Source: Podarcis erhardii
Taxonomy: Eukaryota
NCBI GenBank assembly: GCA_964252035.1
Contig: OZ176209.1
Reading direction: 5' to 3' (one strand)
DNA length: 64,000 nucleotides
Positions 40,334-51,616 of this stretch are shown here, piece after piece. Under the pieces are notes generated by a model. That model saw only the letters and a program-made list of their open reading frames with translations, was not told where the DNA came from and did not search any database. Position 1 is the first letter of the stretch. Every line of letters starts with the position of its first letter. The position numbers and the translations under genes were made by a program.

Positions 40334-41321
40334 TGTCAGGGGCTCAGGAGCAGAGGCACAGGGAAGATGGGAGATGGAGAGCGAGGGGGAGGAATCCGAG
40401 GGCAGTGTAGGAGGAGACAGTGGTCCGAGGGATTCCATGAGCCTCTCCAGCGAATCGGAAGATTCACAGAAGGGAGCGCCAGTGGCCAGGGGTAGGGGGG
40501 TCCCAAGGGGAACGCCCCAGGAGCAAGGGGGGAGCAGGGACTCCCAGAGTAGTAGTTGGAAATCAGGACCAGCTTCCCCACCAGAGCAGAGTGGGGGGGA
40601 AGGGTCCCAGGCATCGGGACCAGTACTTCCCCCACCAGGGAGAGAAGACGAGGCAGAGCTGACCACGCCTCCCTCGGAGAGTCGTACAACGGAGGGGAGG
40701 TCAGATCCGGCCAGTGTCACGGAAGAGGGAAGCAGTGATAGAAGTAGTGTAACGGTTAGGAGAAAGGTCACTGGGTTGGCGCGCAGTGGCGTAGCGTGGG
40801 TTGTCAGCACCCGGGGCAAGGCAAGTAATTTGCGCCCCCTAACCCGTGGATTTGCGCCCCCTAACCCGTGGATTTGCCCTAACCCCAGATGTTGCGCCCG
40901 GTGCGGCCGGCCCCCCCTGCACCCCCCACGCTACGCCACTGTTGGCGCGAGAAGCAAGTTCAAATGTACAGGAGCGCGGGACAGCAGAGAGTGAGGATTG
41001 GGAACCGGGTCCTAAAGCACGCCGGAGGCAAGGGGAGGAGCTAAGCGACTCAGCGTCGGAAGAGTCCAGGAAGGGCAATGCCCCAGAGGGCAGGAGGACC
41101 CAGAGGAGGAGAGAGCAGCGCAGAAGGTGGAGCAGGGCTAGGATCTTAAACTGGTGCGGAAGGGGAAGTGATTCAGATAGGACTTCGCCGATCTAGAGTC
41201 TAGACGTAGGGTTGCACGCTTTGGCTTTAAAATGGAAATTATACTTCAATAAAGACTTTTGTACATAATATCAGCCTGGCGTTGGTCCTCTGTGAGCTGG
41301 GACCTAGAGGCAGCCCTGACA
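40334..41321 (+). mobile_element. Solo LTR (988 bp including a nested MITE)
   Basis: TG...CA ends with 8-bp inverted termini TGTCAGGG/CCCTGACA; perfect 5-bp TSD CCTAT (40329-40333 and 41322-41326); AATAAA at 41248-41253; GC- and CpG-rich; no gag/pol sequence next to it. Confidence 0.92.
40784..40941. mobile_element. Young 158-bp hAT MITE nested in the solo LTR
   Basis: Perfect 17-bp TIRs CAGTGGCGTAGCGTGGG/CCCACGCTACGCCACTG; perfect 8-bp TSD TTGGCGCG (40776-40783 and 40942-40949); internal 22-bp tandem repeat. Confidence 0.95.
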
Positions 41322-41529
41322 CCTATCTTATGTGAAGTCACTGCTAGATGGAATGTATTACAACTATGATAGTGGGGGGGGGGGAGGGGACAGTAAATGC
41401 TCAGCTAAGATGCTGTCAGAAAGCCTGTTATATTCTGGCACTAGCAGAATTTGGTGGCAGATTTGCTGTTTTCCTCAGGACAGAACCAGACTAGAATGAT
41501 CAGGGAACTTACCAGAACCCAGTACCATC

Positions 41530-41671
41530 CGGCTTCAATTTCTGGCACCTCCTGGGAGGGCGTGAAAGACTCCTGCTTGAAAACCTAGAGAGCCCTTGCC
41601 AATCATTATAGACAATGCTGCACTAGATGAGCCAATTCTCTGATGCAAAGACAGTCTAAGGCCTCTTCCTA
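41530..41671 (+). mobile_element. Degenerate tRNA-derived SINE (Squam3-like)
   Basis: GGCTTCAATTTCTGGCACCTCC...GAAAGACTCCTGCTTGAAAACCTAGAGAGCC...TAGACAATGCTGCACTAGATG is similar to the copy at 62809-62991. Confidence 0.65.
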
Positions 41672-41949
41672 AGCAGTGGCCTCCTATTGCTGTGCCAAAG
41701 CCTGCAGAAATGCATTCAGAATGGCTATAATACAGTTGGGTGCAGGGAGCTTTCCATTGCACATTTATTTTGGTTGTGGATGCAAGGAGCATCTTTTATG
41801 CATTTAAAGTTCCCCCCTCTTGCCCTCTACATCTCTGAATCAGTAACAGATTGCCAGACCGAAACAGCGTCCATGGTGAACGGGGGAAACACACACAAAT
41901 ACATCACCCCTTTTTTATTTTAAAGAAAGGAGTTAAGGAAGAATACTGA

Positions 41950-42250
41950 TAACTGAACTGTAGAGTTGGAAGGGACCCCAGGGGTCAGCTAGCCCAACCT
42001 CCTGCAACGCAGGAATCTCAGTTAAAGAATCACTGACAGATGGCCATCCAACCTCTGCTTAAAAACCTTTAATGAAGGAGAGTTTGAGACAGTTTGTTTC
42101 ACTGCCAAACATCTCTTACCCTCAGAAAGCTCTTCCTGATGTTTAGTCGGAATCTTCTTTCTTGTTATTTGGTTTGGGTCCTACAGTCTGGAGCAACCAA
42201 AAACAAGCTTGCTGCATCTTCCATGTGACAGACCTTCAGCTATTTGATGG
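41950..42250 (-). mobile_element. Degenerate CR1 3' fragment
   Basis: GTAGAGTTGGAAGGGACCCC...CCATCCAACCTCTGCTTAAAAACC...CTCTTACCCTCAGAAAGCTCTTCCTGATGTTTAG is collinear with the younger CR1 at 49285-50329. Confidence 0.8.
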
Positions 42251-42351
42251 AGAGTTGGCTAAAAAGCCAGGATGAGGGGGCATTTATGGAAACATAAAAA
42301 GGAATCTTTCTGAGTGCTGGTTGGAAGAACCTATGGAGAAGGTCCACATGA

Positions 42352-42493
42352 GTTGTATGCAGATGGCCTGTCTTTTCTGGGTAGGACTGGGAAAGATCCC
42401 TGCCTGAATGTCTGGAGAGCTTCAGCCAGTCAGTGTATGCAGGCAGTACTGAGCTGGATGCATCCGTGGTCTGACTCAGCACAAGCCAGTTCC
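42352..42493 (+). mobile_element. Degenerate tRNA-derived SINE (Squam3-like), partial
   Basis: GGGTAGGACTGGGAAAGATCCCTGCCTGAATGTCTGGAGAGC...CAGTCAGTGTA...GTACTGAGCTGGATG...GGTCTGACTCAG. Confidence 0.7.
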
Positions 42494-43523
42494 CACTGCT
42501 CCTGGTACCTCTTTAACAAGGTGCATGTTTTTATGCAAAGAATCTGGAAAGGAGCAGGCTAATCAGGGATGAACTGTGACAGGACACATGAAAGAAGTGC
42601 TGCTGCTCCTCATATTTCCACCGACACATCGCACTGCAGGCAACGGCATTCACTTTCTCACTTGCTTTCAAGGCCGTTTTCCTGGCTCAGCTCCAGCAAG
42701 TATAATTAAAGCCAAGTTATCTCAAAATGCTACCTGCATGTCAAAGTGTGTAGGGCTGGTTTTGTTTAACCTTTCCGCAACTCCAGCACCAAACCGACAA
42801 ATCAGATTTTCAACTGTTCCAGCTTTTGGTGCTGTAACTCATGTTAATTTGTTAGTCTATTACAGTACATACGTAGAAAATACAGACATTAGTATTCCGG
42901 GCATATAAATATAATAATTTAACATTCAGAAGAGCCATTAGAGTATAATTTATTCTCACATGTTTCAAGCAGGCCTAAATGATACATTTTCGAAAGCGTT
43001 GAGTGATTAATACAGCACACTGTGCAATATGGCAATAAAAGTGCTTCGAAATGTAGTGCATATTCAATACACAACAGAAATCATAGGGGATGGTCTTCGT
43101 TTTTTAATCCAAGAGAAAATAGCCTTTGCCTTTTCTCAGTAACAGCAGCATTTGCCAGGAACACAGATGGCAAGGGTGTCTGTGTGCTCCTTTTATATGG
43201 ATCAGTACCCAATTCAGATTTAGTTTTTAGCAACCAGTTTGCTTGCAACAACCTGTGGCCTCGGATGCAGGTGTGCATGAAGGATGCATCCAGCAAATTT
43301 AATTCAGTTCTGAGACACAGATTTGAATACTGCTTTTCCACCTGCATGGGCTACCCATTTAGAGGGCTGATTCTGTGTGATTTCCCTTGTTGGATTGGAA
43401 CATTGTTCTTTAAGAGAGCCAAGTGGGTCCACGGGCTGAGACCAAAGCCAGGCTGAGACCTTTTCCAGGAGGCAGATCAAACACTTTTTTCAGGTGAGAA
43501 AGCTTTTGTGCCAATGTCTTAAG

Positions 43524-43690
43524 CAGTGGTGGCCCATCCCAATTTGCCACCTGAGGTAAAACAGGAAGGTGGTGCCTTGCTGCCAAACCTCCCCCACCAA
43601 AGCCTTCCTTACTTGGGTTGCACGGTGGTGCCCACAAAGCGGTGGCAATGATGGCGGGTTCTGGTGAGATTGCATGACACGCTGCCACTG
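43524..43690. mobile_element. Degenerate hAT-type MITE
   Basis: Ends CAGTGGTGGC...GCTGCCACTG are TIR-like; no TSD recovered. Confidence 0.45.
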
Positions 43691-45657
43691 GCAAAGATCC
43701 TCACGAGGTCCATAAGCTCTTATGCCAGTGGCAGTGTGTCCGTGTGGGCCCCAGCACTTGGGATGCCTCAGCCCACTTCAGTAGTGGGCCGGCTGTGTCA
43801 GTGTTGGGAACCACCAGCCATCAGGCCAAGCTAGGTCACTTCAGCCAAATCTCACCCACTTGCCCTGCACCTGACATTATATATGGATCCAGTTCCCCAC
43901 CACTGTCCTAAGTAAAGAAATATAGGGCTGGATCCATCAAAGGAACAGCCTTCAATTGGAGATGATGAGCCTATAAGCTCAACCCAGAGAGAACACATAA
44001 GCCGTAGTTTTTCCTCCATCCTTCCCCCATTCTCCTGGGTTCTTGGTCCTGTTAGAAGGATTACATCATACTCAGAAATGTCAGAGTTCCAGAAAGCAGC
44101 AACCTGCCCCAACTAGTCACTGCTCGCAGCTCATGTGACCCTCTGTCCTTTGTATAACACAGTGATGCCTTCTCAGGCTGGTTAGGAAACAGAGACTGCA
44201 ATCCTTACTAAGTTTAGGGCTAGGCTGCAATGGACTCAGAGGGGCTTATTTCTGAGGATAGCTGTTTGGAACTGGGCCATGAGCTGCAAGGTCTTATCAT
44301 CTAACCCTGCAAAGGTTAGATGCCCCCAATTACTACCTCCCTCGACTTTGCATATCTTCTTCCCACAAGCCACCAAGGAACTTGCGCTAAATCTGGTCCC
44401 TGCAGAACTCGCAAGCTGCCAAAAAGGCATTTAGCCCACAAGAACTAATAAGCTCAAAAGTGACAGGTGAAAACAAAACTGCCTTTAATCAACTTTGCTA
44501 ACCGGAGTTTCCAATATTGTTCTTCTGTCGCCCTTCACGATCTCAGAGTACAAAATTCCAAGCAGTTGGCCGCTATGCAGCCTTCAAAATCTGAAGTTTA
44601 AATAGTTCCAGCCCTGCATTTCTAAGCACTTCATGTTCAAGGAGTGTGGGAGTAGACCGTATCAGCCAATCGGGTTGCTCTGTTTCTTCCAGCCCACTTA
44701 GCATAGGCAATACGGTAATCGGGATGTGTGCTGTTCTAGGAGGCCGGTGTCTGAGCCAATTCCTCAGTCAGCAGCACCTGCGTAACTAACATGGCATTTT
44801 GATGGCTATCTAGCCCGCACCAGCTAAGCTGTTTCTACACCCTGTCATCATGTGTTTCCAGGTGGTTGTAAAACAAGCGGAGGTGTATGGATACAAACAG
44901 AAGGCTGAGCACAGGGAAGGAGAATAGCCTAATTAAAAAAAAAGAGGAGAGGGGGAGCTGGGGCTGCCAGGGTCCAGATTATTGGAATCGAAGGAAATGG
45001 CCTGAGTGTTTATTACAAGGAAAGGCTGGGAGGTTTTTAAGCCACCAGAAATGGCTAACTATAGAAGCTAATAGCTATTAGCCATTTCCAAACAGCAAAA
45101 CAGCTGTAACAGCTAAGACTGCCTTTAAACTCATTTTTAAAACATATGTTTTCTCAAGCCTTCATGGACTCTTAGTCTTAATTTTTAATTTTTGTTGTAT
45201 ACCCTGTTCAGTTTTATTTGTGATACATAGTTGCATTTTGATTTTAATCACACTTTTTTGAAAATAGTATTTTTTCCCTGTGTGTGTAACACATGTACAG
45301 GATTTATTATTATTGTTGTTGTTACGCACCACTCCAGTCTCTGAGCAGTGAGAGATTCCAGGTATTCCAGCACTTGAAATGAAGGTTGGTGGAGACTGTT
45401 GTGTCTTTAGGTTATATGGTGGTGTGTGATTTTTTTTTTTACACATATATACAACCACAGTATTAACACTCAAAAACATATTAGTTGTAGCTTTGAATCC
45501 AGCACAGAACAAGCATGCCTCTGTGTCTCCAGCTTCTAGCCCGATTCCGCTCACTCATACATCCCACTCTGTCTTTTGTTCTCCTACCTAGCAGCTAGTT
45601 GTTGCCATTTGTCCAATGGTAGAGAGCAACTTCTTTGGTTATGCTAATCATAGTGCT

Positions 45658-46158
45658 AGACAGCATCTTAAAAAGTAGAGACATCACCTTGCCAACAAAG
45701 GTCCGTATAGTAAAAGCTATGGTTTTCCCAGTAGTGATGTATGGAAGTGAAAGCTGGACCATAAAGAAGGCTGATCGCCGAAGAAGTGATGCTTTTGAAT
45801 TATGGTGCTGGAGGAGACTCTTGAGAGTCCCATGGACTGCAAGAAGATCAAACATATCCATTCTTCAGGAAATCAGCCCTGAGTGCTCACTGGAAGGACA
45901 GATCGTGAAGCTGAGGCTCCAATACTTTGGCCACCTCATGAGAACAGAAGACTTCCTGGAAAAGACCCTGATATTGGGAAAGATGGAGGGCACAAGGAGA
46001 AGGGGACGACAGAGGACGAGATGGTTGGATAGTGTTCTCGAAGCTACCAGCATGAGTTTGACCAAACTGCAGGAGGCAGTGGAAGACAGGAGTGCCTGGC
46101 GTGCTCTGGTCCAGGGGGTCACGAAGAGTCGGACATGACTAAACGACTAAACAACAAC
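45658..46158 (+). mobile_element. 5'-truncated RTE-BovB LINE (RT C-terminus plus 3' tail)
   Basis: Encodes LDSILKSRDITLPTKVRIVKAMVFPVVMYGSESWTIKKADRRRSDAFELWCWRRLLRVPWTARRSN..., typical of BovB. Tail GACTAAACGACTAAACAACAACAA; 12-bp TSD AATCATAGTGCT (45646-45657 and 46159-46170). Confidence 0.96.
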
Positions 46159-47153
46159 AATCATAGTGCTTAACTAGCCAGCCAAAGCCATTACCTGCAC
46201 AAGGGAATTGATTGGGCAAGCTTGCTGTCTTATGTTCAACAGCCACAGATATTGGCTCCCAAGAGCTAATTGCAATGTCCCATTCAAGTGCAGTGGGAAT
46301 GCATGATCACTGGTATTTTGCTAGTCCTCTGGAATGTAAAGCAACTTGTTGTGCCATCTGTATATTAGTGGCTCACCAATAGACACTTTGAACACTTCCA
46401 CACCTCTTTAACACGTGCACATTTGTGTCTCTCACATAACTGAGTCAAGAGCTGATTTTATAGTTGCAGACTTTTCTTAGTTCCAAAGCACATGTAGAAG
46501 TCATGTTCTGGTGCTGTGAGCATCCCTACCTGGCACCTGCTAGTAAATACACCTGTAGTCCAACTTTGCCACATGGGACCACGTTGCACCTCTCAGTTAG
46601 AGAGACCAACTCAAGTTAGCATTCAGAATACCTTTGTGCTGATTAGGCTAAGGCATTTTGAGGAGATGCACTTTCTAAATATTACCTTGTCATCACCTTC
46701 AGCAGTGGCACAGCTTTTGCCAGGCAGAGCAGGGCTCACAAATGTCTTCCTTTGCCATTGCATGAAAACCAATACTTCTGCAAAGCACTTGCTTTAACGG
46801 CACAGCCATCCTTGCACTGGACAGTTGCATTACGTGGAAACGGTCTCCACATTTATTGCAAACAACTCCAATCTCCACTGTTTGTTTTCCCTTATATTGT
46901 CTTTTTATGCCTTGATATGCATTTTTAATTAGATGCGCCTCAGTTCTTTCATTGCTTTTCATTTGGAAAACACACTTTTCACTAACTCTGCAAATATTCA
47001 CTACTCTTTGGAGGCCAAATCTCTTTGTTTACAACAAGAATGCTTTGACCTGGTTATCAGTTATACCACACATTTGCTTTTTCTCGCTTGACTGTGCAAC
47101 TGTTCAAATTCACATGAATTTGCATGTGTGTCAGAGGAGGGGAGGGGAGGTAT

Positions 47154-47282
47154 CAGGGATGGGGAACTTGTGGCCCTCCACAGTTTTTGGACTTCAGCTC
47201 CTATCATCCCTAAGCATGGGCTGTGGTGGCTGGGGGTGGTGGGAGTTGGGGTTTGACAACATTTGGACAGCTACCACCCCTG
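47154..47282. mobile_element. Degenerate palindromic hAT-type MITE (related to 29293-29428)
   Basis: Ends CAGGGATGGGGAAC...CACCCCTG; internal CCCTCC...GGACT...CATCCCT motifs shared with the 29293 copy. Confidence 0.65.
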
Positions 47283-47860
47283 GTATATAGGGCGATTAGG
47301 GGGTCCAACTGAAAAAATAAAATTTTGTATAATGAGAAAGTGGTTGACATTCATAACTTATACTTTAGAAGGAACAGAAGATACACTACATTTCATGCTC
47401 TTGGACTCATATTATTTTATTTTGAAGGAAAACCAATTCTGTAGAGCTCTGAAATGGAACATGCTATTCATTTTGGATTGGAGCCTCTTGCCATTTTCCT
47501 GTTGAAAGGCACATGCTATTGCACCTGAAGTAATCAGCACATTTTAAAGACAAACAGAAGCAGGAAGTATTAATATTAGGGAGGCACATTCAATGTATAG
47601 ACAAGTCTACACAGACATGCAATTTTATGATGTATATTTGATATAAAATGACTGAATTTTTCTCTCTTTTGATAAATTTCATGTTTATCTACTCGTTTTT
47701 CAAGTATGATTCCATTGGCATTTTATTGTGACTATTTTGTATTGTTTCGCCTAAAAAGATCCTGCTGAAAGGTGACCATGTTTCTGGTGAACTTTGTTTC
47801 TTTCTCATTCTGTCTCTCTCTCACACCTCACCTTCCTCTCTGCTCTCCTTGCAGATCATT

Positions 47861-48047
47861 TAGGGACATAGCAAGTTGCCTTACATCAAATCAGGCTATT
47901 GGTCCATCTAGCTTAGCATTGTCAACACTGATTGGCAACAGTTCTTCAAACTTTCAGATGGGTCTTTCAGATGGAGATGCCAGGGATGGAAACCAAGACC
48001 TTTGGCATGCAAGGAAGATGCTTTATCACTGAGCTACAGCCATTCCC
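47861..48047 (-). mobile_element. tRNA-derived SINE (Squam3-like)
   Basis: Reverse complement of GGGAATGGCTGTAGCTCAGTGATAAAGCATC...GGTCTTGGTTTCCATCCCTGGCATCTCC...CTAGATGGACCAATAG...CTATGTCCCTA. Confidence 0.8.
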
Positions 48048-49147
48048 CAAACTTAATTTTGGAAATCCCAAAGGACTGTCGCTTCTTTGCAACCCAGTGT
48101 GCCAATCTGATGGGTTCACTGGAGGTGAAAGCAGTCTCGCTTCATTAACATCGGTTGCACTGGTAAAGCTTGTTGTGATCCTCCAACAACAGCACCCTGC
48201 GAAGAGTGTGTGGGTGCTTGTTTCCATTGCAGATGAGAACTTAAGTCCAGCAGGTGAAGGGTCAGGCAAGGTAAAGTTTCTAGAAGTTTGTCTCTGTTAA
48301 TGAAGCAATACTTATGGGGCAATTAATGATCCAGCAAAGATCCAACAATTATCCTCTTTACATAATTTTTCATTTCAGGTGGCATTCTAAACAGAACTAT
48401 CCCCTTCCCTCCTTTCCCCAACCAAGTGCTTTTTTAAAATTGGAGTTTAAAAAGCAGTTTGCAATGCTATGCAGGGAAGAAAGACAACAGCCACTATGGA
48501 CTATGCTGTGACATAAATACGCTGCCCCTGTTTCTGGCTCTCTTAAGTGATCGATTCCACAATATTGCCTATACAGAAAAAGGATGGCAACTGCCTTTAC
48601 CCACACTTTAGAACAGCAAAGGCACTCAGCTGGTATACATTCAGGGGCTTTTTCCGCCCTCTCTCTTTTTTGGCAAAAAAATCAGGCTGCTGCTTTTGTA
48701 TCCAAATGTTTGCTCATCCCTCATCCTCAGTAATAAGACAAATGCAGCCAAGCAAGACAAATGAGAGGTGAGGCATCAGCAGAGCTATTTGCCTAGCTAA
48801 TTGCAGTCAGTCAATCTTGCCTCAATTCCTTCTTCCCCCTGCAACATCAGGGACCCACTCCAAGTGCAGATATGGACTTTCTTAATATCTTATAACATAA
48901 CTTACCTCATTTCATCCTGATGGTTCAAGATCCAGATTTTTCAAAACAAGGAACACTGTGGGGATCTGTTTTACCCCTCACACTAGTTTAATAGGTACAA
49001 TATCTCTTTTTCTTTTCACTGCAGCTGGACTCTATAATACACTGGCACATCGGTCAAATGTCTGTGTTTAGGCTTGGAACTGAATCTTACCTTTTCCTTC
49101 TTCATGTATATCAGTCTTCCTCAACCTGGTTGCCACCAAATATTTTG

Positions 49148-49222
49148 GATTAGAATTCCCATCAGCGCCAGCCAGCGCAGTTGTCTTGGCTGAGTCTGAT
49201 GGAAACTGTAGTGCTGGCTGAA
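49148..49222. mobile_element. Palindromic MITE fragment
   Basis: TTCCCATCAGCGCCAGCCAGC...GCTGGCTGAATCTGATGGGAGTTGTAGTC; same family as 52042-52178. Confidence 0.55.
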
Positions 49223-49239
49223 TCTGATGGGAGTTGTAG

Positions 49240-50478
49240 TCAATGCCGTTGAGCTTTCAGCGCCATCTAAAGGCCTGGCTTTTTCATAGAATCATAGAAT
49301 CATAGAGTTGGAAGAGACCACAAGGGCCATCGAGTCCAACCCCCTGCCAAGCAGGAAACACCATCAGAGCACTCCTGACATATGGTTGTCAAGCCTCTGC
49401 TTAAAGACCTCCAAAGAAGGAGACTCCACCACACTCCTTGGCAGAAAATTCCACTGTCAAACAGCTCTTACTGTCAGGAAGTTCTTCCTAATGTTTAGGT
49501 GGAATCTTCTTTCTTGTAGTTTGGATCCATTGCTCCGTGTCCGCTTCTCTGGAGCAGCAGAAAACAACCTTTCTCCCTCCTCTATGTGACATCCTTTTAT
49601 ATATTTGACCATGGCTATCATATCACCCCTTAACCTCCTCTTCTCCAGGCTAAACATGCCCAGCTCCCTTAGCCGTTCCTCATAAGGCATCCTTTCCAGG
49701 CCTTTGACCATTTTGGTTGGCCTCCTCTGGACACGTTCCAGTTTGTCAGTGTCCTTCTTGAACTGTGGGGCCCAGAACTGGACACAGTACTCCAGGTGAG
49801 GTCTGACTAGAGCATAATACAGTGGCACTATTACTTCCCTTGATCTAGATCCTATAGTCCTATTGATGCAGCCCAGAATTGCATTGGCTTTTTTAGCTGC
49901 CGCGTCACACTGTTGGCTCATGTCAAGTTTGTGGTCAACCAAGACTCCTAGATCCTTTTCACATGTACTGCTCTCAAGCCAGGTGTCACCCATCTTGTAT
50001 TTGTGCCTCTCATTTTTTTTGCCCAAGTGCAATACTTTACATTTCTCCCTGTTAAAATTCATCTTGTTTGTTTTGGCCCAGTTCTCTAATCTGTCAAGGT
50101 TGTTTTGAAGTGTGATCCTGTCCTCTGGGGTGTTAGCCACCCCTCCCAGTTTGGTGTCATCTGCAAATTTGATCAGGATGCCCTTGAGTCCATCATCCAA
50201 GTCGTTGATAAAGATGTTGAATAAGACTGGGCCCAAGACAGAACCCTGTGGTACCCCACTAGTCACTCTTCTCCAGGATGAAGAGGAACCATTGATGAGC
50301 ACCCTTTGGGTTCGGTCAGTCAGCCAGTTTTTGCCCAGGTCTTCGCTGGAGTTTAATGACAGATTGATGTGATTATTGGGTTGTATTTCACTGGACTCTA
50401 TTATATTGTTGTTTTAATGGGGCTGCTAAATTTGTAATCCACTTGCTTGCAATGAAGAGTGGGATAGAAATGCTTTTA

Positions 50479-50517
<39 letters not shown>
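49240..50517 (+). mobile_element. Old L2-like LINE 3' end, split by the CR1 insertion
   Basis: Removing the CR1 rejoins GAGCTTTCAGCGCCATCTAAAGGCCTGGC-TTTTT-GCCCAGGTCTT, resembling recalled reptile L2 3' ends. It continues to TGTAATCCACTTGC...GAGTGGGATAGAAAT and a (TAA)n tail at 50481-50517. Confidence 0.55.
49285..50329 (-). mobile_element. 5'-truncated CR1 LINE (ORF2 RT C-terminal half plus 3' tail)
   Basis: Minus-strand frame 49457-50302 has RT motifs [20 protein letters not shown] and FADD. TGA at 49457-49459 sits where RAVRQWN is expected (CGA>TGA). (ATTCTATG)n tail at 49285-49305; T5 on both flanks. Confidence 0.96.
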
Positions 50518-51563
50518 CTAGGTCTAAAGATCTGGAGTGCACTAGGTTGTCTTATTTAGTGCATATTGAAATTCTACACATTTGAGCAGGTTGAAAGTGA
50601 AGGGCAGTGTGACAATATAACTATAGGGGGATATTTTAAAAATTAAATACAAAAGCATGCATTGCAGACTAGAAAGAAATGCACACCTAGAAGTGAATAT
50701 TTTCCTCTTGGGCAGCAAGCTTCTCTAGTAGTGATTCTCTCATTTGGCTTTCTCACAGTTCAATATACTCTGAGCAGTTTGCCAATACGGTGACTGCAAG
50801 ATTTTGCTCTTCTCTTCATGTTGTTTCCTGCCTTCCAAGTTCTCTTGGGGCTTCAAATGGTGCTTGAGGAGGGCATGTGATGTGCAACTCAAGTCTTTCA
50901 ACATTTGCGAGGAAACAAGTCCCATTAATTTCCCCTTAGGCAACCAAATGTCTTGGGCCAACCAAGATGGTAGATTTCCTCAACATATAACTGGCGCAGT
51001 GTAATATGTGGCATAACATAAGGAGGTAACAAATTTTGTGCTGTACCAAATTGTAGCTTCCATTCATTAACCACCAGCAAACAGCTGCCATCAGTTGGGA
51101 GGAGGTGGGAGAAAACATACTTGCCCCATTTCCCTAAACCATGTTTGCATCCTGCCAGCCGTGGAGCTTGAACTTCCATGGTAATTTATCTAATTTGGGA
51201 CAGAAGGAAGTGGCCACACACTGAGGACCACTGCCCAGCCTTGAGTTGCACTTCACATCCTCAGAGCTGCTCCAATGGCCTGTCTGAGTGCTCCACGAGG
51301 CCAGCCTGCTGGAGCAATTAATGCAGTGCTAGGGAAAGGGAGCTCTGCAGTTACTCAGGAAATCACTCAGCCATTCCCAGCAGCTCTGACTGGAGCTCTA
51401 TCTATAATTGAAGAGCTCTGGGAGGTTTGCAAGCTAGTGGTTCTCCTCCAATTAGGGCTAAAAGGCTGCATTTATTAACAACTGGCTTGTTTAAATAGCA
51501 GCACTTCAATATACACAGTGTGACTGAGGAAGGCACTGGGAAACTGAGAGCTGGGAGGAAAGG

Positions 51564-51564
<1 letters not shown>

Positions 51565-51612
<48 letters not shown>
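51565..51612. repeat. (CA)n microsatellite
   Basis: Direct reading. Confidence 0.95.

Positions 51613-51616
<4 letters not shown>

Noticed and set aside
40828-40886. Short direct repeats as a possible CRISPR-like array or interstitial telomere
   Set aside because: Units are contiguous with no spacers, only about 2.5 copies, inside a MITE in a vertebrate genome; no (TTAGGG)n tract.
40302-40994. 230-aa + strand ORF (and the 274-aa minus-strand ORF 39995-40819)
   Set aside because: Low-complexity S/G/E/P-rich translation lying in a GC-rich solo LTR. The + ORF starts outside the LTR and reads through a nested MITE; stop-codon scarcity is explained by GC content. No gag, pol or env motifs.
49257-49274. 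CTCF-like CAGCGCCATCTAAAGG
   Set aside because: Two mismatches in the core, and it lies in an old LINE fragment next to a CR1 insertion; no independent support.
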